Origin: Vicugna vicugna
Lineage: Eukaryota
NCBI GenBank assembly: GCA_013265495.1
Contig: MU057560.1
Span: 818,753-882,752, forward strand
DNA length: 64,000 bases
Direction: 5' to 3'
Shown: positions 23,337 through 36,487 of the stretch, piece by piece
How positions within the stretch are numbered: position 1 is the first letter of the stretch
How the letters are laid out: each line of letters starts with the position of its first letter
Translations under genes and position numbers: made by a program
The notes under the pieces: generated by a model
What the model was told of the DNA's origin: nothing
Seen by the model: the letters and a program-made list of their open reading frames with translations, nothing else
The model's database searches: none

Positions 23337-23343
23337 GTGTGTG
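23299..23343. repeat. (TG)n microsatellite, interrupted
   Basis: Direct observation. Confidence 0.9.
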
Positions 23344-25159
23344 CACACACCAATGCCCCACCAGCAGGCTTCAGTTATGGTGAGTTCCAGGCAAAGTCTA
23401 GGCTGCAGTGGCTTTGATAACGCCCTCTATGTTTCTGTTTGAGAAGCTGCTGTGGACAGATTTCCTGGCAGAAGAGATTTGTCCACCCTGGGCCCCCAGC
23501 CCTGTCACCACCTTCTCACATGTGGTAGGGGCTGAGCCTTCCTCATTGCCCCTCACTGTCCCCTTCTCCTTGGCCTTGCCTCCATGGCTGAAGTTTCGGC
23601 CAGATGAGCAGGTGGGAGCCTTGGCGATGGCTTCTTCCCAGGGGTTCTCAGCTGCTGGGCGTCTGCACAGAGATTTAGGTGAGGGGCCCATGTTCTGAGC
23701 CTTCAATTGTCTTAGAGGAGTGATTGGACAAATAAAAACTCAAATGCCCCATACTTAGAGAAAAGCGTTTTTCCTTTAGACGTCTCTCTTTGTTTCAGTA
23801 ACTAGAGACCCCACAAACTCTTGGCAGTAAGAAATACGCAGGGAGGGAAAATGTAGAGATGGTGGCAATGGTGATGATGAAAATGGTGGGGGTGGTGGGG
23901 GCGGTGGGGGTGGTAAGGCTGTGCGTAGGTAGAGATGTGGAGATTATGAGCAGTGAGATCCGCTGCCCTTCCCTCCCACAAAACTATCATGGGGAATGAA
24001 TGCAGCATTGCAGCAACTTCCAGGTAAAAAAAAAAAAAGAGACAAAAATCCTGATTTTTTTCAAAATACAAATCTCTACAATCAAATTTTGGCAATGATT
24101 CAAAAAAATTTAAAGCTGTTTCCTAATCCAATATTTACACACAACATTGATTTCAAAATTGTGTGCAGCTATCCGATGGCTTTCTTTAGCCTTCACACTC
24201 ATTCCGATAAGTACAGCAGACGGGCTTGAAGCAGAGATGTATTTTCTTCACATAGAATTAAAAGTTTGCATGTAGGTCAGCCAGTTGTTTTTCCTGTGTC
24301 AGTCAGGACCTCCAAACTAGACATTTTCTTGAAGGACAGTCTATCTGGACAATCTAAGTTTCAAACCTCAATTAAACCAGACCAAAAAAAAAAGCCACTT
24401 CAGCCCTGATCCACGCTGTAGTGAGGTTTGGTCCACAGCGACAAGCGTTTGGTTTAAACTGAAGGACTTCAGAAAGCGCCCTGAGAAGCCAGTGAAAACG
24501 TGACCGTGGAGGTGCCGGTGAGATGCCCGTCTGCGGCGGACATCTGCATGGCCACCCCAGCCCTTTCGACTTCAGAGCCAAGCTTGAGATGCTCCTTTCA
24601 TCCCTAAACGCCAATAAATTTTAACTTTGTGGACAATGAGGCTTTGATAGCACACTGGTTTCCCAACTGGGGGACCCTGTGTGCTGCGCAATTACTCCAG
24701 AGGCTCCTGAGTGTTGGGCTAGGAAGCAAGTAGGTTGTGTGGTCTGAGCGCATTGTTGGCACTTCCACCAAAGCTGCTCAGATTAGGATCCAGGCCATTT
24801 GAAACTTACCTGTCAGAGGAAAGAGCTGAGTAGCTTACTAGAGAACTGCTAGTGTAGTCAGTTCTATGTCCCTTTTCTCAGTGGTTGCCAGGAAACTCAG
24901 AATCAGATTGTATAGGTTCCCGGGGCTACAGATAGAAATTTTATCTTCCAGTCAAATCATCACAGCACGTGATTTGTGTTTATATTTATCTACTTTATCT
25001 TATATGTTCTTGAAAGTCAGTTCAAGTCTTTGTAGAATGTGTTTAGATATTAATAAATAAAATGAAGAGGAATGAACCCATATCCACTCATTTAATAAAT
25101 ATGCATTATACCACCACCACACCATGGTGTGGGCTCAGATCTGTAAAAGGACACGCTCA

Positions 25160-25760
25160 GGGGAAAGCAGTTTGGAGGTTCCTCAAAAAGTGAAACAGAA
25201 TTACCATATGATCCAGCAATTTTACTCCTAGGTCCATACACAAAAGAAGAATTAAAACTAGGGACTCAAACATATACTAATATGCAAATGTTCACAGCAG
25301 TATTATTTACAATAGTCAAAAGATGGTAGCAAACTAAGTACCCATTGACAAATTAATGGATAAAAAAATGTGGTCAAGTCATACAATGGAATATTATTCA
25401 GTCATAAAAAGGACTGAAGTTCTGATACATGCTACAGCATCAGGAAAACATTGCGCTAAGTGAAAAAGTCCAGACACCAAAGGACAAATCTTGAATTATT
25501 CCATTGGAATATCTACCATAGGCAAATTCATAGAGACAAAAATTATATTAGTGGTTACAGGGGCCGGATGGAGGGGGCGTGGGGAGTTATCGCTTAATGA
25601 GGACAAAGTTTCTGTTGGTGGGTGATGAAAAAGTACTGAAACAGGTAATGACAATGGTTGTACAATATTGTGAATGGGATTGATGCCAATAAATTGGAGA
25701 CTTAAAAACAGTGAATTTTATGATCTATATCAATTTTTTCAACAATAAAAGTTATAAAAA
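25160..25760 (+). mobile_element. L1MA/MB-like 3' fragment
   Basis: 'cagtttggaggttcctcaaaaagtgaaacagaattaccatatgatccagcaatt', 'caatggaatattattcag', 'ggcaaattcatagagaca', 'gatgaaaaagt'. Confidence 0.85.
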
Positions 25761-26699
25761 GATCTTAGAAAATTCATAGCATTTCCTAGGTTGATTATAA
25801 GAACAAGAGAATATTTATTGAAAAAGAGCTATAGTTAACTGGAAAGCAATGTGTGTCTAGACTTTGATGTGTGTCAAAGACCTCTTGAGTTAGAAGCAAA
25901 GCTTGTTTAAGATGCGAACTCCTGGATCCACCACAGCCTGCAGAAAAAGAATGTCTGTGGTGGGACCCAGACATCCAGGTAGTGACCAAGCCCTCCTGGA
26001 GATTCTGCTACACGATATAGACTCTGCTGCCTTGGAGGGAAGATGACTGGGCGAGGGGTCAGGGGAGCTGAGTCCTGGACAGAGCTTTTCCTCCTGGGTC
26101 CTGTAAACGGATGCCTTTGGAGGAGATGACATTTAACCACCCTTTCAGTGCCCTCAGTTACTCTCACCAGTTACTGTGATGCAAGTAAGTAACACAAACA
26201 ACTGCATCTCTCTTACCTACATGGTAGTTTATGGTGCTTTATACTGATGCTCCCAATCGGAGCAAGTTAGAACAAATACAAAAGCATGACAGTTATTCAG
26301 CAGAGAACACGATCCAGTCATCAGAGAACATCAAAGAAACCAAGAATCGTCTGGGCAGAAGGAGAGGGTGAGTGGTCGCCATCTCACATGGGCTGGGGGA
26401 GGCTGTCTGAGAGACCTGTGCGCCTGCCCAGGGCGCTCGCTGGCGGTTGCTTGAGCTGCATTAAATTTATGGAGCGAAAAGAAATCCAGGTCAGCTCAGG
26501 CTTTTCCCCCTCCTGACTGTAAAGGTTTTGCCGGTAATCCCTTGCTTTGTGTGATTTTTTTTTTTTTCACGTGCGTTGAAGACTGTTTAAACAAGCCAAG
26601 ACATACCCCTTTTGTCCGAGTAGCTGCAGAGAGCGTTTGTGAAAGTAAACTCATTAAGAACGTGTTTTCAGAAGGTCTCCGTGTAGGACGGTGAAAAAT

Positions 26700-27270
26700 C
26701 GAGAGAGAGGATGTGTCGTCTGGGTAAAGGAAGCCGACTTGCGAGCTGGGTAGAATGTTCACGACCAGCCTCCTCTCCGTGTGTCTGATCGTCAGCCTGC
26801 CGCCGGCTCCGCCCGCGCTGCGCCCGGGGCCGGGGGTCCTGGCGCCTGGATGCGGCGACAGCGAACTGCGCGCCCAGGGCTGCCCGGCGGCACCGCGCAC
26901 GCCGGTGTTAACCTCCGCTGCAGGAAATACGGTCTTCCAGCCCGCCGCTGGCTCTGGCCGCCTGAATGTTGACTGTGGGTAAAAACTGCGGGGATTTACA
27001 CTCAGATATGTAATAAATGCTTTCTTAGCGATCCTGGGGAAATCATGCGTATATGGCCCAAGCCCCAGGCAAGCACGGTTGTAAATGCCATTTGCGAACC
27101 CAAGAGTTTCTTCTCTGGCAAGAAATGCATGCCAGTTTTGGCGGGATAGTTTCAGTTTGCAGCTCATTTGCACTTGGGAGCTTCTGGGTCGATTGCTGGG
27201 GGCGGGGTTCTCCAGACGGTTCGGGTCATTCCTGACTACGACGCGGCGTACCTCGGACTGTGTGCGTCAG
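26700..27270. promoter_or_regulatory. CpG island / candidate promoter
   Basis: Dense CpG, GC box (GGCTCCGCCC at ~26805), non-repetitive. The 225-aa minus ORF across it has no recognisable homology. Confidence 0.6.
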
Positions 27271-27992
27271 AGAAGCTGAGGTCTGCATTGTGTTTGGGAA
27301 TCACGTGTTTTAATGTTAATCGAAGGAATGAGTCCACTCTATTTTCGATGTTTTTACTTTTTTAAAAATTCTTTTTGAAGAGTTGTATTAGACTCACAGA
27401 GCACTCCACTCACCGAAAAAGATACGATTTTATTTTATCACATATCACTGTCCTTTATCTAAGAAAGAAAGATTGGTTGGAGAACTCTCTGGGAACTTTT
27501 TTTAATTTGAATGAAGCTCAGCGTGGGGCTAAGCAAGGCAGGGGGCTGCTGTGCGGAGGTGCGGGTCTGCTCGCCCAGTGACCAGGTAGGTGAGCTTGGA
27601 CGGCTCACTGGCTTCCAGCCTCAGTTTCCTCAGTTTGAAGGGAAAGTGTGCACTGTATAAAATGATCAGGATGAAATTCGGTGGAAGCCTCATTGAGACC
27701 AAGGCACGACCTCCCATGACTGTTTCTGGTCTGAGTCAGTGACAGCAGGATGCTGACACTGGTCCAGCTCTCCAGCCTCTGGGGTGAACGTGGCAAGCGT
27801 GCCTCAGGTCATCTGAACACTGAACGGGATGGGTGTTCCGGGTCCGCCTTAGCTCACACGTCACCCTTCACTGGAGTCGTGCCGACTCCTACGGGAGGAG
27901 CTACAGGTGAACCGGTGTCTCCTCAGAAGATGGTTGTTCCTCTTGGTCATCTGATTTTTCCCAGATGCCAAGTCCTGCTTCCCAGGTGGTGC

Positions 27993-28525
27993 TGAGGTAG
28001 GAAGCCCCATGAAAAAGACAGGCAGGACCCCCAGGCAGGGCCACTACTCTCCTGCCGGCACCATCCGGTTCCCTGGCCCAGGGGCATTATCTTGCTTTTT
28101 AAACTTTGAAACGGCTTACTCCTAGGAAAGCGGAACTTACCCCGAAGATTTTATCGGTTCCCTGAGCTCACTCCTGATTGTTCCATTTGTGGTGCTGCAT
28201 TTGCAAGGAGCTCACTCCTGATTGGTCCATTTCCCTCACTTCTGATTGGTCCGTTTCTACAAAGCTTGCTCCTAATTAGTCACCTTTGTTATACTTTATT
28301 TGCATATGATGTTACAAAATGTTGCAAAGGCTAGACTGGTAAACTATAAATGCCTGTATAAACCTACAGACGGGGTCCAGAGCTTGGAGCGTTAACTCCT
28401 CTGGGCCCGCTGGCATAATAAACCTGAGTTCTCCAACTCTGAGTGCTGCTTGGTCTCTCGCCCGGATCCAGGTTGTTGTCACAACTGAGCTATAACTCTG
28501 AGCTGTAACACACTTTGCTTCAACA
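27993..28525 (+). mobile_element. Solo endogenous-retrovirus LTR (ERV1-type, 533 bp)
   Basis: Starts TG, ends CA, and is flanked by a GTGC 4-bp TSD (27989-27992, 28526-28529). Contains repeated CTGATTG(G) inverted CCAAT motifs, TATAAA at ~28345 and ~28357, and AATAAA at 28417-28422. Confidence 0.85.
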
Positions 28526-29009
28526 GTGCTTTGATTGAAGGTTGCGGCAGATGAGCTCAGGACCATCCTGAAATGAGAAGCGTTGTTATTCATCAAGCAC
28601 TTTGACCTCCTCTGTCCCTTTTAGTGATTTTTTAAAAAAGATTTGCATCCTGAAGGAAAATGTTCTAGTTTAAAAGCACCTTCCTGGGGGTGTGGTTGGA
28701 AAGCAGGTGTCATCCCCCAGACCCCTTGTGCTGAGCCCGCCCTGCCTGGCAATTCTATGGTAAATGAAACATCAGCCTGCTTTGAGCACCTTATGGAGCA
28801 AAACAAAAGACCAACAGATGAAGATCAGCCCTGGGGGTAAGTCTTAGAGGAGCTTCTGCCTCTAACTACTGTTTACATCTCGCTTGTAAATTCCACTTCT
28901 CAGGCCTTTGTCTCCCCAGATGTAAGGCGAAAAGTATTGAAGCTGATGACTGATGAAGTCTGTCGTGGAGCCCCTAGCACCCCCCTTTGCTGTGAGTGTG
29001 GAAGGGCAC

Positions 29010-29178
29010 TGTCAAGGGGTGATTCTGAATGTTGAGGGGCTTGGCAATCCCTGGGGAGCTCATTAAATATGCAGGTCCTAGGCCCCTTTGCGAGGAATTC
29101 TAGCTCCTCCCTCAATCTGGCAGGACCCAAAGTCAACCTCTTGAGGAATTTCCTCAAATGGTTAAGAAGCCATGTTAC
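29010..29178. mobile_element. MER5-like hAT-Charlie fossil
   Basis: 'aatccctggggagctcattaaatatgcaggtcctaggccc...tggttaagaagccatg' resembles MER5A. Confidence 0.5.
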
Positions 29179-31274
29179 AAGCCACAGAGCGCTGGGTAGA
29201 CACGGGATGATGGGACGGTGCGATGCGGACAGCTGAAGCGGGGGCGCTGAGCAGACCCTGAAGTCACAGGAGACAGGACACTTGTTCTTTGAGTCACAGC
29301 TGGTAAGACAGACGGCAGCCACAGTGCACGGTGGCGGCAGGGCCAGCGTGAGCGCCACCGCGGAGGGTCATTTCCATTAATGACTTGTTAATGTTTTTAA
29401 GTAGACAGCTTTTACATAAATATCCAAATTGCAGCCTTCTCTTCAAAATTAGACCAGGCAACACAGAGCCCGGGTTTCTGCCTCTTTCATGAGAACAATC
29501 CACTAACTGAGAAAGAACCAACCTTCTGGAACAGCGTGGGCTCTCCCATTCACATCCGGTGGACACTTTTCTCCATCCTGCGGGCGGTTGGATCGACCCT
29601 CCCTTCTTCAGGCCAGGATTTGGAGACACCAGGATCCACTGAGAAGGGGCTTAACATCTGACTGAACTTTTTTATAGAGAGCGATCTGGTTACTTTCATG
29701 ATTTTAAATTGTGATCTGTCAGCGTACACTGTTCAGTTCAAAATGACCTTCAAGATTATCTGGTCCAGTGTTTTTTTCTTTTTTTAAGAGAATGAAAAAG
29801 GCTTTTAATTGTTGAATTTAGCAATCTTGCCTTAATCTTCATTTTTCTTGCAGTCTCTGTGGTATTAGATGTAATTCTCCATCTTTGAGACTCTCTTGCT
29901 TTCTGTGATGCTGCTATGTGATCTTTATCTTCTTCCTTATATTTTTCAAAGTATCATTGGTTTTCAAAAATAAGTAGACCCTTACATTGAGTTTGGCACT
30001 GTACTGGGTGCTAAGCGTGGAAAATGAGAAATGAGTGTTTCATTTCATGATCTCATTCGCTGGCTTCTGACTTTAACATGACTGGGATGGATTGCCTAAG
30101 ATTTCATGAAAATTATTTCCTTCTTGTTTTAAATGCTAACCTTCAGTGATCTTTCTACCCAGAGGAAATATGAATGAGTAGACAAACTTAGGGACAAATT
30201 TTTTGGTCCAGTATTTTTCAGGTTAACTTTCTTCTGATCTTCATGGGTATTAATACGAATACAAGTCATATGGCCAAATAAACTTGGTAAGTGAGTGAAC
30301 AGACTTCTTTTCTGCAGTTTGCTGCCCAGTCAGGAGCCCCCGAGATGGCTGTGGGGTACATGGAATCCCAATGGCTTCCTTGCAACCCTACCCCTCCATG
30401 TTTTCAGAAATATTCTTTGCAAATGCAAATCTACTTCAACTCCCCCTTTTTTTTTTAATCCCCAAGGAAACTGAATCTTGGGAGATTTCATGACATGGAG
30501 AATTGAAACTCAACTTTGCTTTTGTGCACCCCAATGCTCTGATGACTAACTGCTCACAGCCAGTCCCTGGTCAGTGTTGAATAGATCATCTGGATGAGAT
30601 CAGAAGGTGGATTCCGGGACACACACTTGTCTTGCAGATTCATGCTTGAAAAGCAGGGAACAGGAGGTGACCTTCCCGTGGGGTTTAGTCAAGGTTTTGA
30701 GTCATGCCTGTGAGTGTGTCTGTGAGTAAAATATCCAGTTTTTAGAGTTTGCTTTCTTAATAATTTGATCAAAATATCAACACATCTTGTTTTCCTCAGT
30801 GCACAAAAACTGGTTACATTTATTTCTTCGATATGTACGTTTTTCTCTTTGTGTTTAAAGTAGGGCAAGTTTTTAAAAGTAAATACCCCTCATAGCAAAT
30901 TAAGGAAGTACGAAGGTGTATGGTCAAAATTAAAGCCAATTTAGGGGATTTTTACAATCTTCACATTTTTCTAAAATCTCCCAACTTTAGTAGCCATCTT
31001 TAAATGTCATTTTTAGACATGACCTCTTTTTCCCTTCGCGCTCTCTTCCTCTCGCCTGCATCGTTCTCTGTTAAAAGCCAAGATAGCCCTTAAGGTCGGC
31101 TGAAATACCGTCTTTACATCTCCTGCTTCTGAGTTTTGATGTCTTGAATTTAGGACTTCAGAAAAGCTTTATAGTTACTGGGAAGACATTTTCCTTCCAG
31201 ATGCTAATCTCTTTAAGATCAGGACAGCTGTGTCCTATTTGGACCCCAGGTGCCCTGCTCATTGCAAGGTACGT

Positions 31275-31660
31275 GGTGGTGCAAGTCAGCTGGTGCGGCC
31301 GTAACCAAACACCGCGGATGGGTGGGTGGGGCGCACAACAGACCTATCTCTCTCCTTATTTCTCTGACGCTTCTGGAGGCTGAAAGAGCAAGATGGAGGT
31401 GCTGGCGGAGTCGGTGCCTGGTGAGGATGCTCTTCTGGGATGCAGACGGCTGCCTTCTCCCTGTGGGTTCTCACGGGACAGAGAAAGCCAGGGGTCGGGG
31501 GAGGTCCTCTGCTGTCTCTTCTTATAAGGAGACTGATTCCATCATGGCGGCCCCACCCTCACGACCTCATCTGAACCCGCTCATCCCCCAAATGTCCCAT
31601 CACGTTGGGAGCTGGGGCTTCAACATACGAATTTGGGGGTGCACAAATATTCAGCCTGGA
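31275..31660 (-). mobile_element. MaLR LTR (MLT1A/B-like)
   Basis: 'ttctggaggctg...tctcttcttataagga..actgattccatcatg..ccccaccctcacgacctcatct...gcttcaacatacgaatttggggg..acaaatattcag'. Confidence 0.8.
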
Positions 31661-32155
31661 ATAATGGTGGTTTTCAAATATTTATTGAACTAATGGACAA
31701 TGAGCCTGTTTTAGCTGTTACATGGCGTCAGTGACAGAGTCCTGAGTGGCAGCCCCTGCGCTCCTAGGATGGCCGAGTTTTGGGGCCTTTGTGGGACCTT
31801 AGTTTCCGCTGTAGCCGCGTCCTGAGCGGGAGGGATGCACGGTGCAGTCCCATGGTCACAGACGAGGCTTCTGACATCCAGACGGCCGAGGGACTGTCTC
31901 CGGATGGCAGGGGTGACACGAGAGCCCAGGTCCTGCGCCTCACAGTCCCTTCAGGCCCTTCTTCGTCCTTGAATGCAAACCTTTTATACCCCAACCTGCA
32001 ACCATGCTTCACTGAATAAGCCACTTCTAGACTGTGACGAGGTCCAGAAATTTTGGATTAAAAAATGTAAAAGTACAGAATGTGAGGGAACTGCTCGGCG
32101 GGTCTGTCATGATCTTGACAAATGAGCCAGCTGATGAGCGTCTCATTTACTGATG

Positions 32156-32608
32156 CAGGCAGACCTCGTTTTATCACAGTTTGCTTTATTGCATTTCACG
32201 AATACTGCCCCCCCTTTTTTTTTTTTAACAAATTGAAGGTGGCAAGCAACTTGTAGCAAGCAAACCTATCAGCCCCATTTTTCCAGCAGCATTTGCTCGC
32301 TTTGTGTCTCTGTGTCATATTTGGTTATTCTCATAATATTTCAAATGTTTTCAGTATCACTATCTATGATCTGTGATCTTTGATGTTACTACTGCGACTT
32401 GCTGATGGCTCAGATGATAGCGTTTTTTAGTAATAAGGTATTTTAAAATTAAGGTATATACTTTTTTTAAGACGTAAGGCTGTTAAATGCTTAATAGATT
32501 CAGTATCACGGGAAGGTAACTTTGTGCGCACTGGGAAACCAAAACATTCGTGTGACTGCTTTGGTGCGGTGGTTTGGAACTGAGCCCGCGATCTCCGAGG
32601 TGAGCCTG
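32156..32608 (+). mobile_element. Tigger1-derived non-autonomous DNA transposon (Tigger1a-like)
   Basis: Terminal inverted repeats CAGGCAGACCTCG / CGAGGTGAGCCTG; Tigger1-end motifs 'aaattgaaggt', 'ggctcagatgat', 'gcactgggaaaccaaaa'; no transposase. Confidence 0.85.
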
Positions 32609-34824
32609 CCTTCACGGGCCAGACTGCCAAACTCCACAGGAGTCTGACGGACCCGTAATGTGCAAAATACCATTTAGACTCTAACATTTCCAAAGTTCTG
32701 TTACCCCTCACAACCGTCCGAGAAGCCGTGGGCGTTTTCCCCGCTCTACGGAAAGAACACAGACGATGGACCCTGCCTGCGGTCGCTGAGCTCCTCAGCA
32801 GTAGAGCCTGGACTTGAACTTGGGGGTTTCTAATGCCAAAATTGTGTTTTTTACAACGCTAAGGTGCACGTGCGGGAGCAGACCACCTCCCCTGCTTTGC
32901 AGGCTAAGAAGGAGAAGCCTGAAAGCTTTTTCACTCCTTCTCTGGTTACCTGTTGTCCTTCCCTGCCCTCTACTCCGTATCTTCTATTGCCTCGTTTTGC
33001 TTGAGAACCAAGTATTTTGTTTATGCCTTTTAATGTAACCAGAGGAAAACTGTGTATATACTAAAAGACACGCCAGTTTATGATGGCATGAAGACAGCAT
33101 CCGCTCATCACAGAGGCAGAAAAGCAGGCGTCAGAAACAGGAACCTCCCTGGCCTCCTCTTTCACTTGCTGTGAGTAATAAATATGATCACTGTTCGCTA
33201 AGTTCACGATCTCAAACGCTTAGCACAAAGATAAAGTCGCCTCTCAACTTCAACTGTTCTTTTTAATCTTTACAACGTCTTCATTTATTCTGGATTAGAG
33301 CCGGAAGGAACTTTCTGATGACCCCTGAAAACGAAAAAAAAAAAAAAATTGAAATAATTGAGGCTGGGTTTGGGGAGAGTCTGGTGTTTGGTCTCGTGGG
33401 CCTGGTTTTTATTACCTCGGGCTCAGCCTTGGATTAACTTTGCAGCGCCCAGTTGAGCTGTCTGCCCCTCTATGGCCACGGGCACCCACAAGCCCGGCCG
33501 GCTCCCCAAACGTCAAGCCGTGGGTCTGGGTGCTCTGCCTTTGCGGTGGTTTTGGCTGACTTGGTCTCTTCTCAGGTCCTGTTTTCCTGGCTTTTTGCAC
33601 ACCTGCATTTGGAAGGGTACATTGTGTAAGTCGTTCTGAGCATTCTCCAAGGCTGCCACCTTGCCCTTTTTGTTACAGACATAAACAAAACCCATCACTC
33701 GAGTTTATTTAAATCCAACAGAGACACTGTGATTTTTTGTATCAGTGTTTGATTTTCCCTGATTTTTATAATAGGTGTGTTTGCTGATTTCTATAATAAT
33801 GAATAGCAACTGAGGTCTAACTCAGGACACTTACATTGCTTTTTCAGGCAAAAGAAAGAAAAGGTTAAAAAAAAGCTTCCAGTTTTACTGAGGCAAGAAT
33901 CCTGATTTATTGTCAAAAGTAAACAGGAGTCCTCTCTACCACATGTGGCATCTTACTTTTCTCCCTGCAAAATGGCAACACCAGAGGGCCTTTCAGGTAA
34001 TGCCGAGGACTAAATGGGAAAACATGCGACGTGCTGAGTACACGGTGAGGGTTCAGGACCCAGTAGCTCCCTTCCTTGGTTCATCCAGAAATCTACTGAT
34101 GGAGTCACAGATCTGTCTTTCCTGTTGAATGCGGTCGGCCGTCCCCCTCTGCCGTGTTAGGTATTTTTCCCACCAGCCAGCTTTAAAGTTAGTATGGGGG
34201 GTCCTGCCCCTTGGAGGGTGTCTTTGAAAATCAAACTGACTAGGAAACAGAGACACTTGGACTAGATGAGGTACCCTCTAGTCTAGTTCCATCACCATCT
34301 GAAACAAGAACACCAGCAGAAGGCTCGCCCGTAGCCAGAGAGCTTGGAGGAACCCTGGCGTCTCGCTCCCCCGCTCCTGCCGGTTTGGCAAACGTGTGAA
34401 GTTCAACAGTGTCCCCTGCGGAGCCCGCCTGCCGGTCGTGAGTCCCACAGACCAGCCCCAACTGTTGCCTCTGGGGGCTTAGATCTCCCTGCTGGGGCGG
34501 GACCTGGGCCTCTTAAGAGTAGACCGAAGTCAAGCACTTCCCTAAGCAAGAGACCCTGCATCGCCCAAAGCCCCAGTCTGGCCCTGGGAACCCAGCACTG
34601 GTAACAAGGGCTTTGTAAAAACTGCTTTTATAGACTCCTCCCCCAAGGCAGTCAGTGCCTTCCATCCCCCCCCCCCATCAGCCCACTGAGCCGTCCATCT
34701 GACGGCTTTGCTTTGGGATGGCTGTCCCTTCCCACTCAGTCCCTCCTGTGGCCGTGACTGGGGTCCAGAGGTGTTCCTGGTTTTCGAGTAGTTTTTTTTC
34801 TGTTTGGAGTGAACTTGCTTCTTT

Positions 34825-34890
34825 GGGAATTGAACCTCTGACCCTGCCTCCATTAGCACCCGGCTTTAATCACTTGAATTTAGCAGGCCA
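34825..34890 (-). mobile_element. Degenerate tRNA-Ile-like SINE head (MamSINE1-like) or tRNA pseudogene
   Basis: Aligns by eye to the reverse of tRNA-Ile(AAT): GGAATTGAACC..GACC.TG....ATTAGCACC..GCT.TAA.CA.TTGA..T...GGCC; too diverged to be functional. Confidence 0.55.
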
Positions 34891-36487
34891 GACGAACCAA
34901 ACCCACTCCTATCACGTCCTGCCACATTTTGAAGGTTGCAGAGGCCAGAGCCCTCCTCACACCCGAAGTTCACTCCCACGCCGTCACCTGTGGCCCCTTG
35001 GGTAACCCTGGGACTTTTAGTAAATTTTCATTGTCCGGCAGAAGATGGAAAAGGAAGCGGATGGGGCTGTGCGTGGACGTGGAAGAGGAAACATACAAAG
35101 TGCAGACGTCCGTCCCCCCCGAGCTCGGAGTGGCGGGGGGTGGACGTGTGTGTTTCCCTTTGATTCCGCGGCTCCTGCAGCTGGTAACGCCGCTGCCCGC
35201 ACAGCCAGACCGCGCCCTGTGCCCAAAGGACGCGGGCTTTCCGGTGCCCGCGGGAATGGCTTTCCCTCTTTCTGCGTGAGCTTGTTAAACATGTGACAGA
35301 TCAGCTTGACGCTAGACTTCTTGCAGCTTCAGGCTTGCACGCTGGCTGATAAAACCAGCTCCAAACACAAGCAGCCTGCTCCCGGCTCCAGGTCACCCGT
35401 TCAGGGTTCAGCCCGCCAATTTCTGAGGCCGGCCTGTCCCACAGGACCCGTGCAGGATGAGAGAGCATCACCGCCCCGGACGCCAGCCTGCAGCCCACGT
35501 GGGGCCGCCCCCTCGTCCGGCAGGGAGGCCGCCCACCCTCTCACTCCGTGTCTAAAGAAAGATTGACTGTTCTGCGTTTTCCGGTGACGAATTATATATC
35601 AGAAGACAGGAGATTTAAAAATTAATTCAAGATTAATTTAGGGATGACTGCACATGGAATTATTTGGCCAGCAGATGAAAACTGAAATGTTCACTACAAA
35701 GAGAGGAGATTGTAGACATGTCAAATTTTAATCCCATTTCCCGTGAAGAATTATCATGGCCCAAGACCCTTCTTGAAACCCCAGTTAATCATTCAAGCTC
35801 CAGCATTACCCGTACCTTCCATGAGCACCAGTCAGGGTGCCGCTGGTGTCTGGTAACGGATTCATGTTTGCAGACAGAAAAAAAGAAAAAAAAACTAGTT
35901 ACCTCTGTACCAAGCAGTAAGGGAAAAAATAAAATAAAACAAAGCAATAGCTGATGCGGATACTGTCTCCAGATTGAGGAAAACTTTTTACTTTTTTAAG
36001 TAGATGAGAAATAAATCTAAAATCAGAAAAAAAACTTTCTTATTTAAGATTCTGTTAAATTTTAACTGCTGCGAGAAACAACGCAGACCTCACCATCTCA
36101 ATGAAGCAGAAAGACAAGCAGCAAATCAAGGTGCGTCTGTCCGTAAACATGCAGGCGGCGGGGCAGATCATGGCTGAACACAGTTGAAATACACACACTG
36201 ATCCTACCAGAATTAAGTCCTGTCTCCAAATTGCGTTGTGTCCTGGAGAAAAATATACACGTTTAAGAAACCGGTGTTGCCCACCCAAGGCACCTATACA
36301 TCGTGCAAGAAAACTGTCCCGGAGAGGCTGTGCTCTGTCTTGAAATATTCAGAGCTGACCTTTCTCAGCACATCTCCTGGTTTCCAAACGCAGAATGCAT
36401 CTGGACAGCTTCCTCTGGCTTGTTTCTCTGCCCCGCCCCCCAGCTTTCTATGCGAATGCACATTTGAGGGAGGATGTGTGAAGACGG

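Noticed and set aside
26496..27173. 225-aa minus ORF, the longest in the window
   Set aside because: Spans a CpG island where stops are rare; no family resemblance.
29141..29157. Palindrome TTGAGGAA-T-TTCCTCAA
   Set aside because: Short and inside a MER5-like fossil; such palindromes occur by chance.
34825..34890. Functional tRNA-Ile gene
   Set aside because: Stems and internal promoter boxes are too degenerate; treated as a SINE or pseudogene relic.
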